In this document: positions 48,215-59,979 of the stretch, one piece after another
Position numbering within the stretch: position 1 is the first letter of the stretch
Layout of the letters: the number at the start of each line of letters is the position of its first letter
NCBI RefSeq assembly: GCF_963921235.1
Contig: NC_086107.1
Coordinates: forward strand, 103,418,001 to 103,482,000
Source: Mobula hypostoma
Taxonomy: Eukaryota
DNA: 64,000 bases
Direction: 5' to 3'
The notes under the pieces: model-generated
What the model was told of the DNA's origin: nothing
The model's database searches: none
The model's input: only the letters and a program-made list of their open reading frames with translations
Program-made: the position numbers and the translations under genes

Positions 48215-49634
48215 TTTTCCATAGATGCTGCCTGGCCTGCTGAGTTCCTCCAGCATTGTGTGTGTGTTGCTTTACTCTTTGTTCTCTTGTATTAGAAGAG
48301 CAGCAGCTGATGCCTCTGCACTCTGAACATTAAGACTCAAATCTGAGCCATATACACCATTGCAGTCCATTATTTTGCTGAGCTACTCTTGTGATATCAC
48401 TTAAGTACTTCATTGCACTTAAATTGGAATGGCCCTGGAATGAAATCAATCGTACGAAAAATTAGTTGGGCTTTTCTGGCAGTGGATGATTGAAGAGCAG
48501 TTTTTGTCTTTGCCTTTTTTATTTTTCCCCTCAATTCTTAGAAGATGTGGCCTTTGAGAGGGGAGTGTGAGGTGGAAGGGGTGGTGATTGGTGCAGAATT
48601 TGTATTGTTGTGAGCTTTGCGCATATGAGCTTTGATTATCAGTCCGTAATTAGTGTTGAGTAAATTCTCTAATAACAGAAAGAAAATTTTGTGAGTTTTA
48701 ATTACAAATATTTAATGTACAATAGGCTTTATTCTTGTAAATTTCAAGCTTTTAATATTCTGTAATATATCAACCAAAATATTGTCGTTTCCCCCCCCCC
48801 CCCCCCAATTCATGTTTATTCTATAAGTTCTGGACTAGCTGTACAACTCATTGGGTGCTATAGTAGCTGCTGGATACCAGGGTTATCTTTGTACTACTGC
48901 CTGCAGTTATGTCTACAAAGGGGGAATCAACACCACAGAGACTGTGAAACTTTGCCATTACTTCCTCCCCTCTAGAGATGGTCTCTTTGGAACTGCTGGG
49001 ACTTATCGCTAAAATTCAGGCATAATCTTTGGCTGTGCATGCAAGTCATTCTCCCTTGCTGACTAGCATCTACTTTGCATTTCAAAGCCCTGATACATTT
49101 GGGGACTAGAAGGGTGAATGGTCAGGGCAGTAATTTGCTTCTGAGGAGAACCAAGTAATGAATCAGCATTTCTACTACAATAATCTAAACGTTCATCTTA
49201 TTTACATGCCCCCACAGTGATTTTTGTGGTTTTTCAGGAACAGCAGATGAATTAGTTATTCTGTTTTCCCTGTCTTTTATCCAATTCCACTTTTTTAAAA
49301 AAAACTTCATTTATCCATTCATTCATTTGATGACAATGGGAGCATTTATAGCCCATCTCATAATTTGTTGATCCTAGTGCTTTTCTATTTCGGAAGGGAG
49401 TTAACCGCATTTGGAGTCACATTGGCTCGACTGAGCGAGGACAGCAGGTTTCTCTCACTGGGGTATTTATGAACCAGATTCAGATTTATTTATATTTATC
49501 ATGTACATCAAGACATATAGTGAAATGTATAGTTTGCACTAACAACCAATGCAATCTAGGGGCATTGCTAGGGGCAGCCTGCCAAGTGTCGCCATATATT
49601 CTGGTGCCAACACAGCATGCCCCCAATGCTCAGT

Positions 49635-49937
49635 GAGGTAGTGTTCATGGGTTCAATGTCCATTCAGAGATTAGATGGCAGAGGGGAAGAAGGTGTTTCT
49701 AAATTATTGAGTGTGTGCCTTCAGGCTTCTCTACCTCCTTCTTGATGGTAGCATTGAGAACAGGGCATGTCCTGGGTGATGGGGGTCCTTAATAATGGAT
49801 GCTGCCTTTTTCAGACATCACTCCTTGAAGATGTCCTGGATACTATGAAGGCTAGCGCCCATGGAGCTGATTTAAGTTTCCAACTGTCTGCGCCTTATTT
49901 TGATCCTGGGCAGTAGCCACCCCCCCATACCAGACTG
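49635..49937 (-). mobile_element. Rex/Babar-type LINE 3' fragment (family of 12000-12465)
   Basis: gagtgtgtgccttcaggcttctctacctcctt shared block. Confidence 0.7.
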
Positions 49938-49949
49938 TCCTTAAATTTC

Positions 49950-50320
49950 ATTGAAACCTATCGAATATTGAAAAGCCTAGAAAGAATGGATGTGGGGAGG
50001 ATGTTTCCAATAGTGGTAGGGTCTAGGACCAGAGGGCACAGCCTCAGAATACAAGGATATCCTTTAAAATAAAGGTAAGGAGGAAAGCTAGAGGGTGTTG
50101 GATCTGTGGAATTCATTGCCACAGACGACTGTGGAGGCCAGGTCATTGGGTATATTTAAAGCAGAAGTTCATAGGTTCTTGATTAGTAAGGGCATCAAAG
50201 ATTACGGAGAGAAGGCAGGAGAATGGGGTTGAGAGGGAAAATAAATCATTTCTGATTGAATGGTGGAGTAGACATGATGGACTAGATGGCCTAATTCTGC
50301 TTTGTCTTATGTCTTGTATC
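49950..50320 (+). mobile_element. CR1 LINE 3' end
   Basis: IETYRILKSLE..SRTRGHSLRI..LWNSLPQ motifs. Confidence 0.8.
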
Positions 50321-51129
50321 TTTGCCTAGTTCCTTGGAAATGTGGTATTTCAGGTGCAAGGCATCTAATTCTACTGAATTGTTATGCTGTGGAGTTCCTG
50401 AAATAAAACCTAACTGTAACTCATTAATTTTCAATATTGAACAGTGCCATCAATACTGGTGCATTTTGGCCTTTTACAGTATGCATGATGCTCACTGCCG
50501 CACCCTGCTTGGGCCTTAAACTCTGGAATTCTGTCATGTGCTTCAACTCTGTACATCATTCCCTGATTAAGTCACACCTTTGAGGAAGGATTTAATTAGT
50601 TTTCAATACATCTTTTTTGGGCTTGCATACTTTTGTCTGTTTTGTGTGTTTGTGAAGGTCTGCAGGTTGTCATTGCAAACTTAATGTATCTTTCTACAAG
50701 AGATACAGGGCTTTATGGATGCAGGGGGACCACAGTTTGTACATGTCAATAAAACAATTGGAATGACGTGCAACAGAATCCTAAGCTCCCGATTTTAATG
50801 CTCTATCACTTCAAGGAATTAAGCAAAGTAGCTTCTTTTCTCTTGAGGTTAAGTTCTGGCTGTTTTGCGAAAGGGCTGCTTTAAAGCAGTTTTAGGACAG
50901 CAGTGTTTGACCTCACATGACTAGTTCCATGATAATTGCCCCATATTAATAAAGCGCTTTGGGCAGATATTTTGCAAGCTGATTCGATGCATTTCTATGC
51001 AAACTATGTTTGCATTAGTACTTGCCCAAGTAACTTGTTTTACATGGTGAGATAATTGAATTGCTGTTTGGATACAGAATGGCTGTGATAACAGAGGGGC
51101 AACAATGATCCTGTATTCATTCTAGAATA

Positions 51130-52062
51130 CAGTCTTGTCTCCCTTTCTCTTCACCATTTACACCTCGGACTTCAACTACAGCACAGAGTCTTGCCATCTT
51201 CAGAGGTTTTCTGATGACTCTGCCATAGTTGGATGCATCAGCAAGGGAGATGAGGCTGAGTACAGGGCTACAGTGGGAAACTTTGTCACATGGTGTGAGC
51301 AGAATTATCTGCAGTTTAATGTGAAAAAGACTAAGGAGCTGGTGGTGGACCTGAGGAGGGCTAAGGCACCGGTGACCCCTGTTTCCATCCAGGGGGTCAG
51401 TGTGGACATGGTGGAGGATTACAAATACCTGGGGATACGAATTGATAATAAACTGGACTGGTCAAAGAACACTGAGGCTGTCTGCAAGAAGGGTCAGAGC
51501 CATCTCTATTTCCTGAGGAGACTGAGGTCCTTTAACATCTGTCGGACGATGCTGAGGATGTTCTACGAGTCTGTGGTGGCCAGTGCTATCATGTTTGCTG
51601 TTGTGTGCTGGGGCAGCAGGCTGAGGGTAGCAGACACCAAAAGAATCAACAAACTCATTCGTAAGGCCAGTGATGTTGTGGGGACGGAACTGGACTCTCT
51701 GATGGTGGTGTCTGAAAAGAGGATGCTGTCCAAGTTGCATGCCATCTTGGACAATGTCTCCCATCCACTACATAATGTACTGGTTGGGCACAGGAGTACA
51801 TTCAGCCAGAGACTCATTCCACCGAGATGCAACACAGAGCGTCATTCCTGCCTGTGGCCATCAAACTTTACAACTCCTCCCTTGGAGAGTCAGACACCCT
51901 GAGCCAATAGGCTAGTCCTGGTCTTATTTCCATCTGGCATAATTTACATATTATTATTTAATTATTTATGGTTTTATATTGCTATATTTATACTCTATTC
52001 TTGGTCGGTGCAACTGTAACGAAACCCAATTTCCCTCAGGATCAATAAAGTATGTCTATCTA
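51130..52062 (+). mobile_element. Young 5'-truncated Rex/Babar-type LINE
   Basis: 255-aa frame LSPFLFTIYTSD..FSDDSA..NVKKTKELVVD..YKYLG..LYFLRRLRSF; AATAAA plus (TATC)n tail; 9-bp TSD TCTAGAATA at 51121-51129 and 52063-52071. Confidence 0.92.
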
Positions 52063-52459
52063 TCTAGAATAGTTCCTGCAGCCTTCTATTATCCTTCATT
52101 CCAGAGAAAGAGACTAGATATGTGTATAAGTCGTGATGTCTAAATGTAAATTAGCTTTGAAATAAGATACCTTTGATATGTATTCCTTTTGAAGTTTTAT
52201 TTTATGGGACATAATCATGGCTTGGTGGCGTGAAGTTATGTGTGCTCACTTCCTCCCCCTACTTGGACCTGTTTGCAATAACAACTTGGTGCTTGACTGG
52301 TGAGTGTCTGGAGTTCAAGGCTTTCCTCCCCCAGGGATGCTTTGACGTCTGACTGGACAAGGCCCAGCTCACTGGGTACAGAGTCATACAGCATGGGGCT
52401 CTTCAGCCCAACTCATCCATGCCAACTGTGTTGCCTAGTGAGCTGGCCCCACCTGCCAT

Positions 52460-52742
52460 TGGGGCACCACGGTAGTGTAGCGGTTAAAGGCGATGCTATC
52501 CATGGCTCGGGGTGTTGGAGTTTGGAGTTCAATTCTCATGTCATCTCTAAGGAGTCTGTACGTACTCCCCTTGGAATGCATGGGTTTCCTCCGGGTGCTT
52601 CAGTTTCCTCTCACAGTCCAAAGGTGTACTGGTTAGTAGGTTAATCGGTATTGTAAATTCTCCTGTAATCAGGTTAGGATTAAATTGGTGGTTGATGGGC
52701 AGTGCAGTTTGATGGTCCTATCTCAATAAATAAATTAATAAA
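52460..52742 (+). mobile_element. V-SINE inserted into a minus-strand CR1 tail
   Basis: ggtagtgtagcggtta head, gagttcaattc B box, gggtttcctccgggtgcttcagtttcc domain, (aata)n tail. Confidence 0.8.
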
Positions 52743-53393
52743 TATTTGGCCCATAACTCCCTAAATCTCTCGTATCCATGTACTTATCAGCTAATATGCC
52801 TACCTCAATTACTATTTAAGGTGGTTCATTCCAAATATGCACCACCATTGCGTGAAAAAGCTGCTCCTAATGTCCCTTTTAAATTTTTCACTTCTGATAT
52901 TAAACCTATGCCCTCACGTTTTTTTAATCCACCCCCTCCTTGGGGAAAAAGGTGATGTCCTTTCACCCCGTCTGTGCCTCTCATGATCTTATATACCTCT
53001 GTCAGATCACCCGCTGATCTCCTTTATTTCAGGGAATAAAGTTCTAGTCTGCAAACTCTCCTTGTAGCTCAGGCCTTCAAGTTCAGGCATCATCCTGGGG
53101 TGACCTCACTGAATTTACATTTACATCATTTATTATTATATTGTAATTTGTCCTTTACTGTGCCTATTGTCTTGTTTATTAATTATTGACTGTCTTGCAC
53201 TGTTTTCTGCACTTTATGTAGTCCCATGTAGGTCTGAAGTCTAATGTAGTTTCGTGTTGTTTCAGGTAGTCTAGTGTAGTTTTGTGTTGTTTTATGTAGC
53301 ACCATGGTCCTGGAGGAACGTTGTTTTGTTTTTGCTGTGTGCTGTACCAGCAGTTATGTTTGAAATGACAATAAAAGCAACTTGACTTGACTT

Positions 53394-53735
53394 GAAACCT
53401 ATTGGAATGTTGAAAGGCCTCGATAGAGTGGATGTGGAGAGGATGTTTTTCTGCTGGGGGAGTCCAAGACCAGAGGACACAGTCTCAGAATTGAGGGGCG
53501 TCCTTTTAGAACAGAGATGAAGAGGAATTTCTTTAACCAGATGGTGGTGAATCTGTAGAATTTGTTGCCACAGGCAGTTGTGGAGGTCAAGTCATTGGGT
53601 ATATTTAAGGCAGAGGGTGATAGATTCTTGATTAGTCAGGGCATGGAGGGATACTGGGAGAAAGCAGGAGATTGGGGCCGAGAGGGAAAATGGATCAGCC
53701 CTGATGAAATGATGAAGCAGACTCAATGGGCCAAA
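53394..53735 (+). mobile_element. CR1 LINE 3' end
   Basis: TRGHSLRI, RNFFNQMVVNL, LPQAVVEVKSLGIFKAEGDRFL. Confidence 0.8.
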
Positions 53736-55425
53736 GCTTGTATTGTACAGCTTTAAAAATTATTAAACATAAAGTTCTAGCAAGCATTTAGAAGACTTAA
53801 AGAAATTAAACAAGTTAATTCATCATCATGATTGCCTGCTACACCGCTGGTGGTTAGGGCAGCAATGAAGGCCCTCCATCTTTGTCTGTCCTTGTCCATC
53901 TGAAAACCTGCAATCTGAAATTTCCTCGTCTCCTTTAAAATGGAGTTTTTGCCACTGGCCCAGCGAAGCCTGGTTCAATATCACTGCCCAGACTTTGCTG
54001 TATATATGCCGGGACATTGCAAGAAGTTGGTCCTTTGATCTATGAGTCTGATATCGGAGCAAGCTGAAATGATAACTCTGTGGCCCTTTCATGGATCAGG
54101 ATTTAGCCAGTTCTATGCATGATCCCCAGAAGTGATTCAGGTTAGTAGTCTGGCCCTCCCAGCAAGAGTTGTGCACGTCAGTTAGTTAGTGAATTGTTGT
54201 TGTTTCTTTCTGTGCTTTGTGGCGCATCGGACAACAACTTTGCTGTTTCTTTTAGCATTTGTCTGTTTTTCACAAGGCCGAGTTGCTAGCTTGACGGATG
54301 AAAAGTGTGCAAGGAGCCGACCAGATTCAGTCTGTGAATAGGAGACTAGATTTTTGATTTATCATTTCTCCTGTTGCCCCACTGTGAGGCTTCAATTTTA
54401 AGAAAAGGGCTTGATCTAAAGTGTGCATTTCACTTTTTCAGAGCAGCCAATGGATTGCACTGATGTGCGAGAAAAATTCTGCAAAGAAAATGTGATGAAT
54501 AGCCACTTAATTTGTTCTTCTGGGTCAGGGATTCCTTGGTTAATGTTAGGGGTCTATGGCATAAAGAAGGTTGGGAGCCCTTGTCTCATGTATGGTCTGG
54601 GTGGTAAATAAGCCACAGAGCTTTAATGGAATCCTATTGCATTCATGAGGAAACATGAGCATCCATGTGTTCTTTGTTTAATACCACACTCAAATACAGT
54701 GGCAATCCCTCCTATGTTATATTCTTTGCCGTGACCCCAACTTCATTGACAGCTCCTGAAATATTTTTAAAGTTCTGTGATTACTTGGTGCAACACAAGG
54801 TGTGAGAATCTGTACTGAGGTTTTTCTTGGATTCAGTGTAGGGACATTTCCAGGGTCGGGGGGGGGGGGGTTGCGGTGGGGACAGCTGCTGTTGGAGACT
54901 CCCACTCTGGTCTGTCTGAAACTCACTGAGTTCAGAGCGAGGCGTTGCCTGTGACAAAGGGCTGCAAACAGGCACACTTTAAACTCCTGGAGTATATGTT
55001 GAGGGACTTGCTGAAGCTGGATGCAGTCACTACAAGAACTTTCTGCGGCATGGCCAAAGTTTAGGAAAATGTTTACTTAAGGGTTTTAACTAAATGATAA
55101 CTAATGACAAGTTAAGTAATTGGAGTTAAGCTAGGAGCAATGAAACTGTTTGCTGTTGTGTTCTTTAATATATATTTCAAATTTTACAAATAAATTCTTG
55201 AAGGTTAAAAAGTTTTCTACATGACACAGAAGTTTATACTTACCTTTGGTTTTTTTTGTTGGATGAAGGAGGAGATGTAGATTGCCTTCGGGAAGGTGTT
55301 GTACCTCAAAACATAGAACATTACAGGCCCTTCGGCCCACAATGTTATGCCGACCTTCTATGATTATACTTCATAATTGTCCTTCCTTCTGGTCTCAACA
55401 GGGATTTTTTTTGGTGGTACGGTTA

Positions 55426-55650
55426 GAAACACGGAAACATAGAAAATAGGTACAGGAGTAGGCCATTCAGCCCTTCGAACATGCACCGCCACACAGTATG
55501 ATCATGGCTGATCATAACTCAGAACCCTGTACCTGCCTTCTCTCCATACCCCCGATCCCTTTAGCCACAAGGGCCATATCTAACTCCTTCTTAAATATAG
55601 CCAGTGAACTGGCCTCAACTGTTTCCTGTGGCAGAGAATTCCACAGGTAA
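55426..55650 (-). mobile_element. CR1 LINE 3' end
   Basis: LWNSLPQETVEASSLAIFKKELD; tail repeats gaaacac/gaaacat; 7-bp TSD ACGGTTA at 55419-55425 and 55651-55657. Confidence 0.8.
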
Positions 55651-55700
55651 ACGGTTAATGGGTCTTGAGGTAAATTGACTGTTTCTTTTTTCCCCCAAAG

Positions 55701-55820
55701 AGCACTCCTCTGAAACTGGCCCTCAGATGGAAGGGCAGGCGAACGAGGGGCGGACCTCACCACGCCTTAGACGCCAGTGCCACTCCACGTTCAGCCAACA
55801 GGAGGAGAGGTTGCTACAAG
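55701..55820 (+). other. Candidate 120-nt symmetric phase-1 cassette exon
   Basis: Branch-like ttgac, tttcttttttcccccaaAG acceptor, AAG|GTGAGA donor; open in the MRTF frame. Confidence 0.35.
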
Positions 55821-56359
55821 GTGAGATATACCGATGTGTTAGTGGCTGGGAGAGATGGGGGAGGGTGGGTGGTGTTGGCTGCTGGGCTGGGAAGTTGAAA
55901 AGAGGTCACTTTTGGTGCAGGGATCAGATCATTTCATTATAAGTAAAACATTTGTTTTAAGCACAAGTCAGTGCTTGCAGTTGATTGAATATATTCTAAT
56001 CTTTGCTAATGATATAATTTCTTGTTCAAGACACATCATCTGGACAGTATTTACTACTTTCCATAATTTATTCAGATGATAGATTCTTACACAGGTTCCT
56101 ATATTGATTAATTACATACCGTTTTACTGTGGTTTGGGTTTTACCTTCTAGATATTTCCTGAAATTCTTACAGAAAACAAAATGCTGGGAATGCTTACTG
56201 CATCTGTGGAGATAATATCAGTTAACATTTGGGTTGATGACCTTTCAGAACTGGAGATGGTGATGTTAATTATGCATTAAACAGCTCCTAATTTCAACTG
56301 TCATTCCACCGTAGTTCATCACTTTCAATATTCTTAGAATGCTTTGGCAAAATGAAAAT

Positions 56360-56540
56360 AGATAAAATCATAAGATACAGGGGCAGAATTAGGCCATTTG
56401 GCCCATCGTGTCTGCTCTACAATTTCATCAAGGCCGATCCAATTTTCCTCTCAGCCCCAGTCTCCTGCCTTCTCCCCTTATCCCTTCATGCCCTGAGCAA
56501 TCAAGAGTCTATCAACCTCTGCCTTAAATATACATAAAGA
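56360..56540 (-). mobile_element. CR1 3'UTR fragment
   Basis: Reverse complement of the 5340-5570 type. Confidence 0.7.
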
Positions 56541-56759
56541 CTCTGATGCCATTTTTAAGGCTGTGTCAGTCGCTACTTGGTTTCCAATAGCCACATGTTC
56601 TTGCTCTGGAAGTGCAGCAAAACTTCACTGATTCCAAGGATGGCAAGGTTAATGGATAAGGAGAGATCAGGTCAGTAAGGCCTTAACTGGCGTATGGGAA
56701 AATAAGGGAAGATATTAAAATAGATAAGATTTAATAGCTTTAAATAGACTAGTTACCAG

Positions 56760-57060
56760 GAACATGAGAAAATCTGCAGATGCTGGAAGTTCAAAGCAAC
56801 ACACATAAGATGCTGGAGAAAGAGTTAAAGGACCGGATAAGGAGGCATCTGATAGGAGAGGACAGAAGATTATGGAAGAAAGGGAAGTGGGAGGAGCACT
56901 AGAGGGAGGTGATGGGCAGGTAAGGGATAAGTTAAGAGATAGAAACAGGAATGGGGAATGGTGGGGGGAAGGCAATTATCAGAAGTCTAAGAAATTGATG
57001 TTCAGGCCAGTAGTTTGGAGGCTACCCAGATGGAATATAAAGTCTTGCTCCTCCAACCTA
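56760..57060 (-). mobile_element. Penelope-like 3' fragment
   Basis: Minus strand RLEEQDFIFHLGSLQTTGLNINF then PLE tail. Confidence 0.75.
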
Positions 57061-57504
57061 CCGGGATGATGTCCTAGTGATTGCAGACTCTGGTATTTGA
57101 ATCACAGCCTCTGGTATGAGGTGTTGGATTAATAAAGGGTAGAACAGGAAGGTCTAATAAAGGATGGAATGTACACATCCAGTTTCCTTTGGTAAAAATT
57201 TTGTTTGAATCCTCATTAGGTAGACTCTTATACAAGAAAATCCTTTCTCTAACCTCTTTGAACAAAGAGAGGAAATACAATTGAATTGACTTTATATCAA
57301 TGTTTTCTTTGGCAGCGTTAAATTGAACTAATTGGCTGGCGGTTATTTTTCTTGATTCTATATGAGTCTTTGCCCTGGTTAGTACAAAGTAAGTTCCTGG
57401 CATCATTAAGGCATTGAGCTCTTCCAGGCGCACTGAAAAATAACACATTTGTTTTGGCCAACAGAATTAAAAGTTTGGACAGATGTGCAAATCTGTCAAA
57501 TATC

Positions 57505-57672
57505 TCTCTCCTTCTAACTCTGACTCCTGATCTTTTTTTCTTCAGTCTTCCTGAGGGGTCTCGGCCCAAAACGTTGACTATATTCTTTTCCATAGATGCT
57601 GCCTGGCCTGCTGATTCCTCCAGTATTTTGTGTGTGTTGCTTTGGATTCCAGCATCTGCAAATTTTCTGTTG
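57505..57672 (+). mobile_element. Penelope-like terminal repeat, hammerhead degenerate
   Basis: gggtctcggcccaaaacgttgac..ttttccatagatgctgcctggcctgctga..ccagcatctgca. Confidence 0.7.
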
Positions 57673-57685
57673 TTTAAAATCTCAA

Positions 57686-58102
57686 TCTCTCTCCCTCTCC
57701 CTCGCTCTCTCCCTCTCCTCCTCCCTCTCTCCCTCTCCTCCTCCCTCTCCCCCTCCCTCTCCCCTCTCCCCCTCCCTCTCCCCTCTCCCCCTCCCTCTCC
57801 CCTCTCCCCTCTCCCCCCTCCTCTTCCCCCCCTCCTCTTCCCCCTCTCCTCTTCCCCCTCTCCTCTTCCCCCTCTCCTCTTCCCCCTCTCCTCTTCCCCC
57901 TCTCCTCTTCCCCCTCTCCTCTCCCCCTCCCCTCTCCCCCCTCCCCCTCCCCTCCCCCTCCCCCTCCCCCTCCCTCCTCCTCCCCGCTCCCCCTCCCCTC
58001 TCCCCTCTCCCCCCTCCTCTCCCCCCTCTCCCCCCTCTCCTCCCCCCCTCTCCTCTCCCCCTCCCCCTCTGCCCCTCTCCCTCTCTCTCTCCTCCCCCCT
58101 TT
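57686..58102. repeat. ~415-bp polypyrimidine/polypurine low-complexity tract
   Basis: Almost only C/T on plus strand; internal near-tandem units such as ctctcctcttcccc. Confidence 0.95.
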
Positions 58103-58455
58103 AATGATGGATAATAACACCCTTAATAAGATGGTCCTTTTGAAGACTTGCTGTAAAAGATTGGCAGGTGATAAAGTGAGCTCCTTGCGCCTGGTGGGAA
58201 GCTAATTTGGATTGGTACCGTCACAGGCATCAAATGCCTTCCCCCACCTACTCCCTTGAGAACCAGTGTTTGCAGAATTAGGCAGGACGTCCCATTTCTG
58301 TAAACTCCTCACCTGGCTGATCAGATTACAAAGAGACAGTCTAACCTGTGGTTTATTAGTTTTCATGTTTTGCAGATTTATTAATGCAAAATTCAGACCT
58401 TTACTGGACAAAATCTTTAGTCGAGCAAAAGTGCTTTTGACTGGCATTGAGCTTT

Positions 58456-58465
58456 CCTAATATGG
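58456..58465. promoter_or_regulatory. Consensus CArG box (SRF site)
   Basis: CCTAATATGG, reverse complement of the c-fos SRE core CCATATTAGG, in non-repetitive sequence; function untested. Confidence 0.3.
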
Positions 58466-59979
58466 TTAGGCTCTCTGTTTCAGTCTGGAACTCTGCATTG
58501 TTCTGTGATCCTGCTTAATAAGTAAACAATTCCTGAGGATTTTTGTTCCAAGGATCAATGCCGTCATGGTTGGGAAATAAGTTGGCAGTTTGAAGTCAGT
58601 TGAGCAGCGAGCGTGATAGAGGCCAGAGCCGAGATTAGTCATGCCATTTTGTCTGAATTGGTTTAACCTATTGCTGAGTTTAAATATGGAGGTACAAGAG
58701 ACTGGAATCTGAAGTAACACAGTCTGCTGGAGGATCTCAGCAGGTTGAGCAGCATTAGGGGTGGGGGAACTCTCTTTGTGGACTTCAGTTCAGAACGCTG
58801 TTTGCCTGTGTTTATTGTTTACTTGATTTGTTTTTCTCTGTCTGCACATTGGGTGTTTGATGGTCTTTTGTTAATGGGTTCTTTTGGGTTTCTTTGTTTC
58901 GTGGCTGCCCGTTAGGAGACGAATCTCAAGGTTGTATAATGTGTACATACTTTGATAATAAATGTACATTGAACTTTAAGGAGGGGCAACAAATGAAGGT
59001 GGGCAGTCCTTTCCTCTCCAAAGACACCGCTCGACCTATTGAGTTCTTCTGGCAGATTTTGTTGCATTAAATTAAATGTTCTCTTTTCAAGCTGAACTGG
59101 TTGCAAATCTGCAAAAGGATCATCTAATTTCTCTTTATTTAATAGACTTGAACATTTATGACTGGCATTTAACCTAATGGCAAGCAGCCCGTTTGTTTGA
59201 CAACACTGTTATATTGCTACATATTTGTTTCAAAGCAGCTTCCATCTCTTTTGAAGAAAGAAGAGATTGGAGAATGTTTGGGATCTCGAGAAAGAGTAAA
59301 TATTAATGGAGATGTACACAAATGCTTTGCCTAGGATATTGAATCACAGTTGATTTGAATATTCTGCTTCATAATTTCTTGAATGGCATCTGCCGGAGTA
59401 CATGTACTCCTGTTATTGCATTGTCTTTGATCTAGATATAATCCTGCTTTACAGAATTTTCCTTTGTTGACCCTTCAGGCTCAGGGCAGTAGGCACGGGT
59501 CTCAAATTTCAGCCACCTGTTGTTGGGATACAGATCTTGACAAATACTTTGAGATAATTACTGAAAGAGGACTCCTATGTTTTTTCAACATCTAATATTG
59601 ATGGCAAAATTCCTATGGAGGTTGTCAGCTCAAGTAAGAGCTTTGCTTCCACAACTGTCCACTCGGCTCTTCGATGTTGATTGAGAGCTGTCTGACGTGA
59701 GCAATAAGTTTGACCTTTTAGTCTGAACCTGCCTCTCCCTCTTTCCCCCTGGGCTTCACACAGGAGATGGCTCACATATGGAGTATTTGTTCACTTTTTG
59801 TAATGTTTGTAGCTGTAGTTTCTGTGTAGCTGGAAATCGTCTGATCTAATGGGATGGCTGGTGGTCAGAATTTCCCCAGTATGTGCTGGCTGAGTGGAGC
59901 TCTCTCCTCCTCTGATGATGAATATATCAAGAGAAAATAATCAATACTTTCAAAACCAGCCCATTTGGTTTGGAAATAC

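Larger units (their letters stand above)
47515..48270 (-). mobile_element. Penelope-like 3' fragment with inverted terminal repeat, interrupted by a CR1 tail (47733-47985)
   Basis: Minus-strand tail with hammerhead 47605-47642, LGNLQPNSMNIDF remnant at ~48115-48155, then plus-strand copy of the same tail 48176-48270. Confidence 0.8.

Noticed and set aside
51135..51902. 255-aa ORF as a host or domesticated gene
   Set aside because: 5'-truncated LINE RT bounded by TSDs, frameshifted near the C-terminus, with a sister copy in the window.
57454..58120. Long Pro/Ser/Leu- and Gly/Glu/Arg-rich ORFs
   Set aside because: Artefacts of the stop-free C/T tract.
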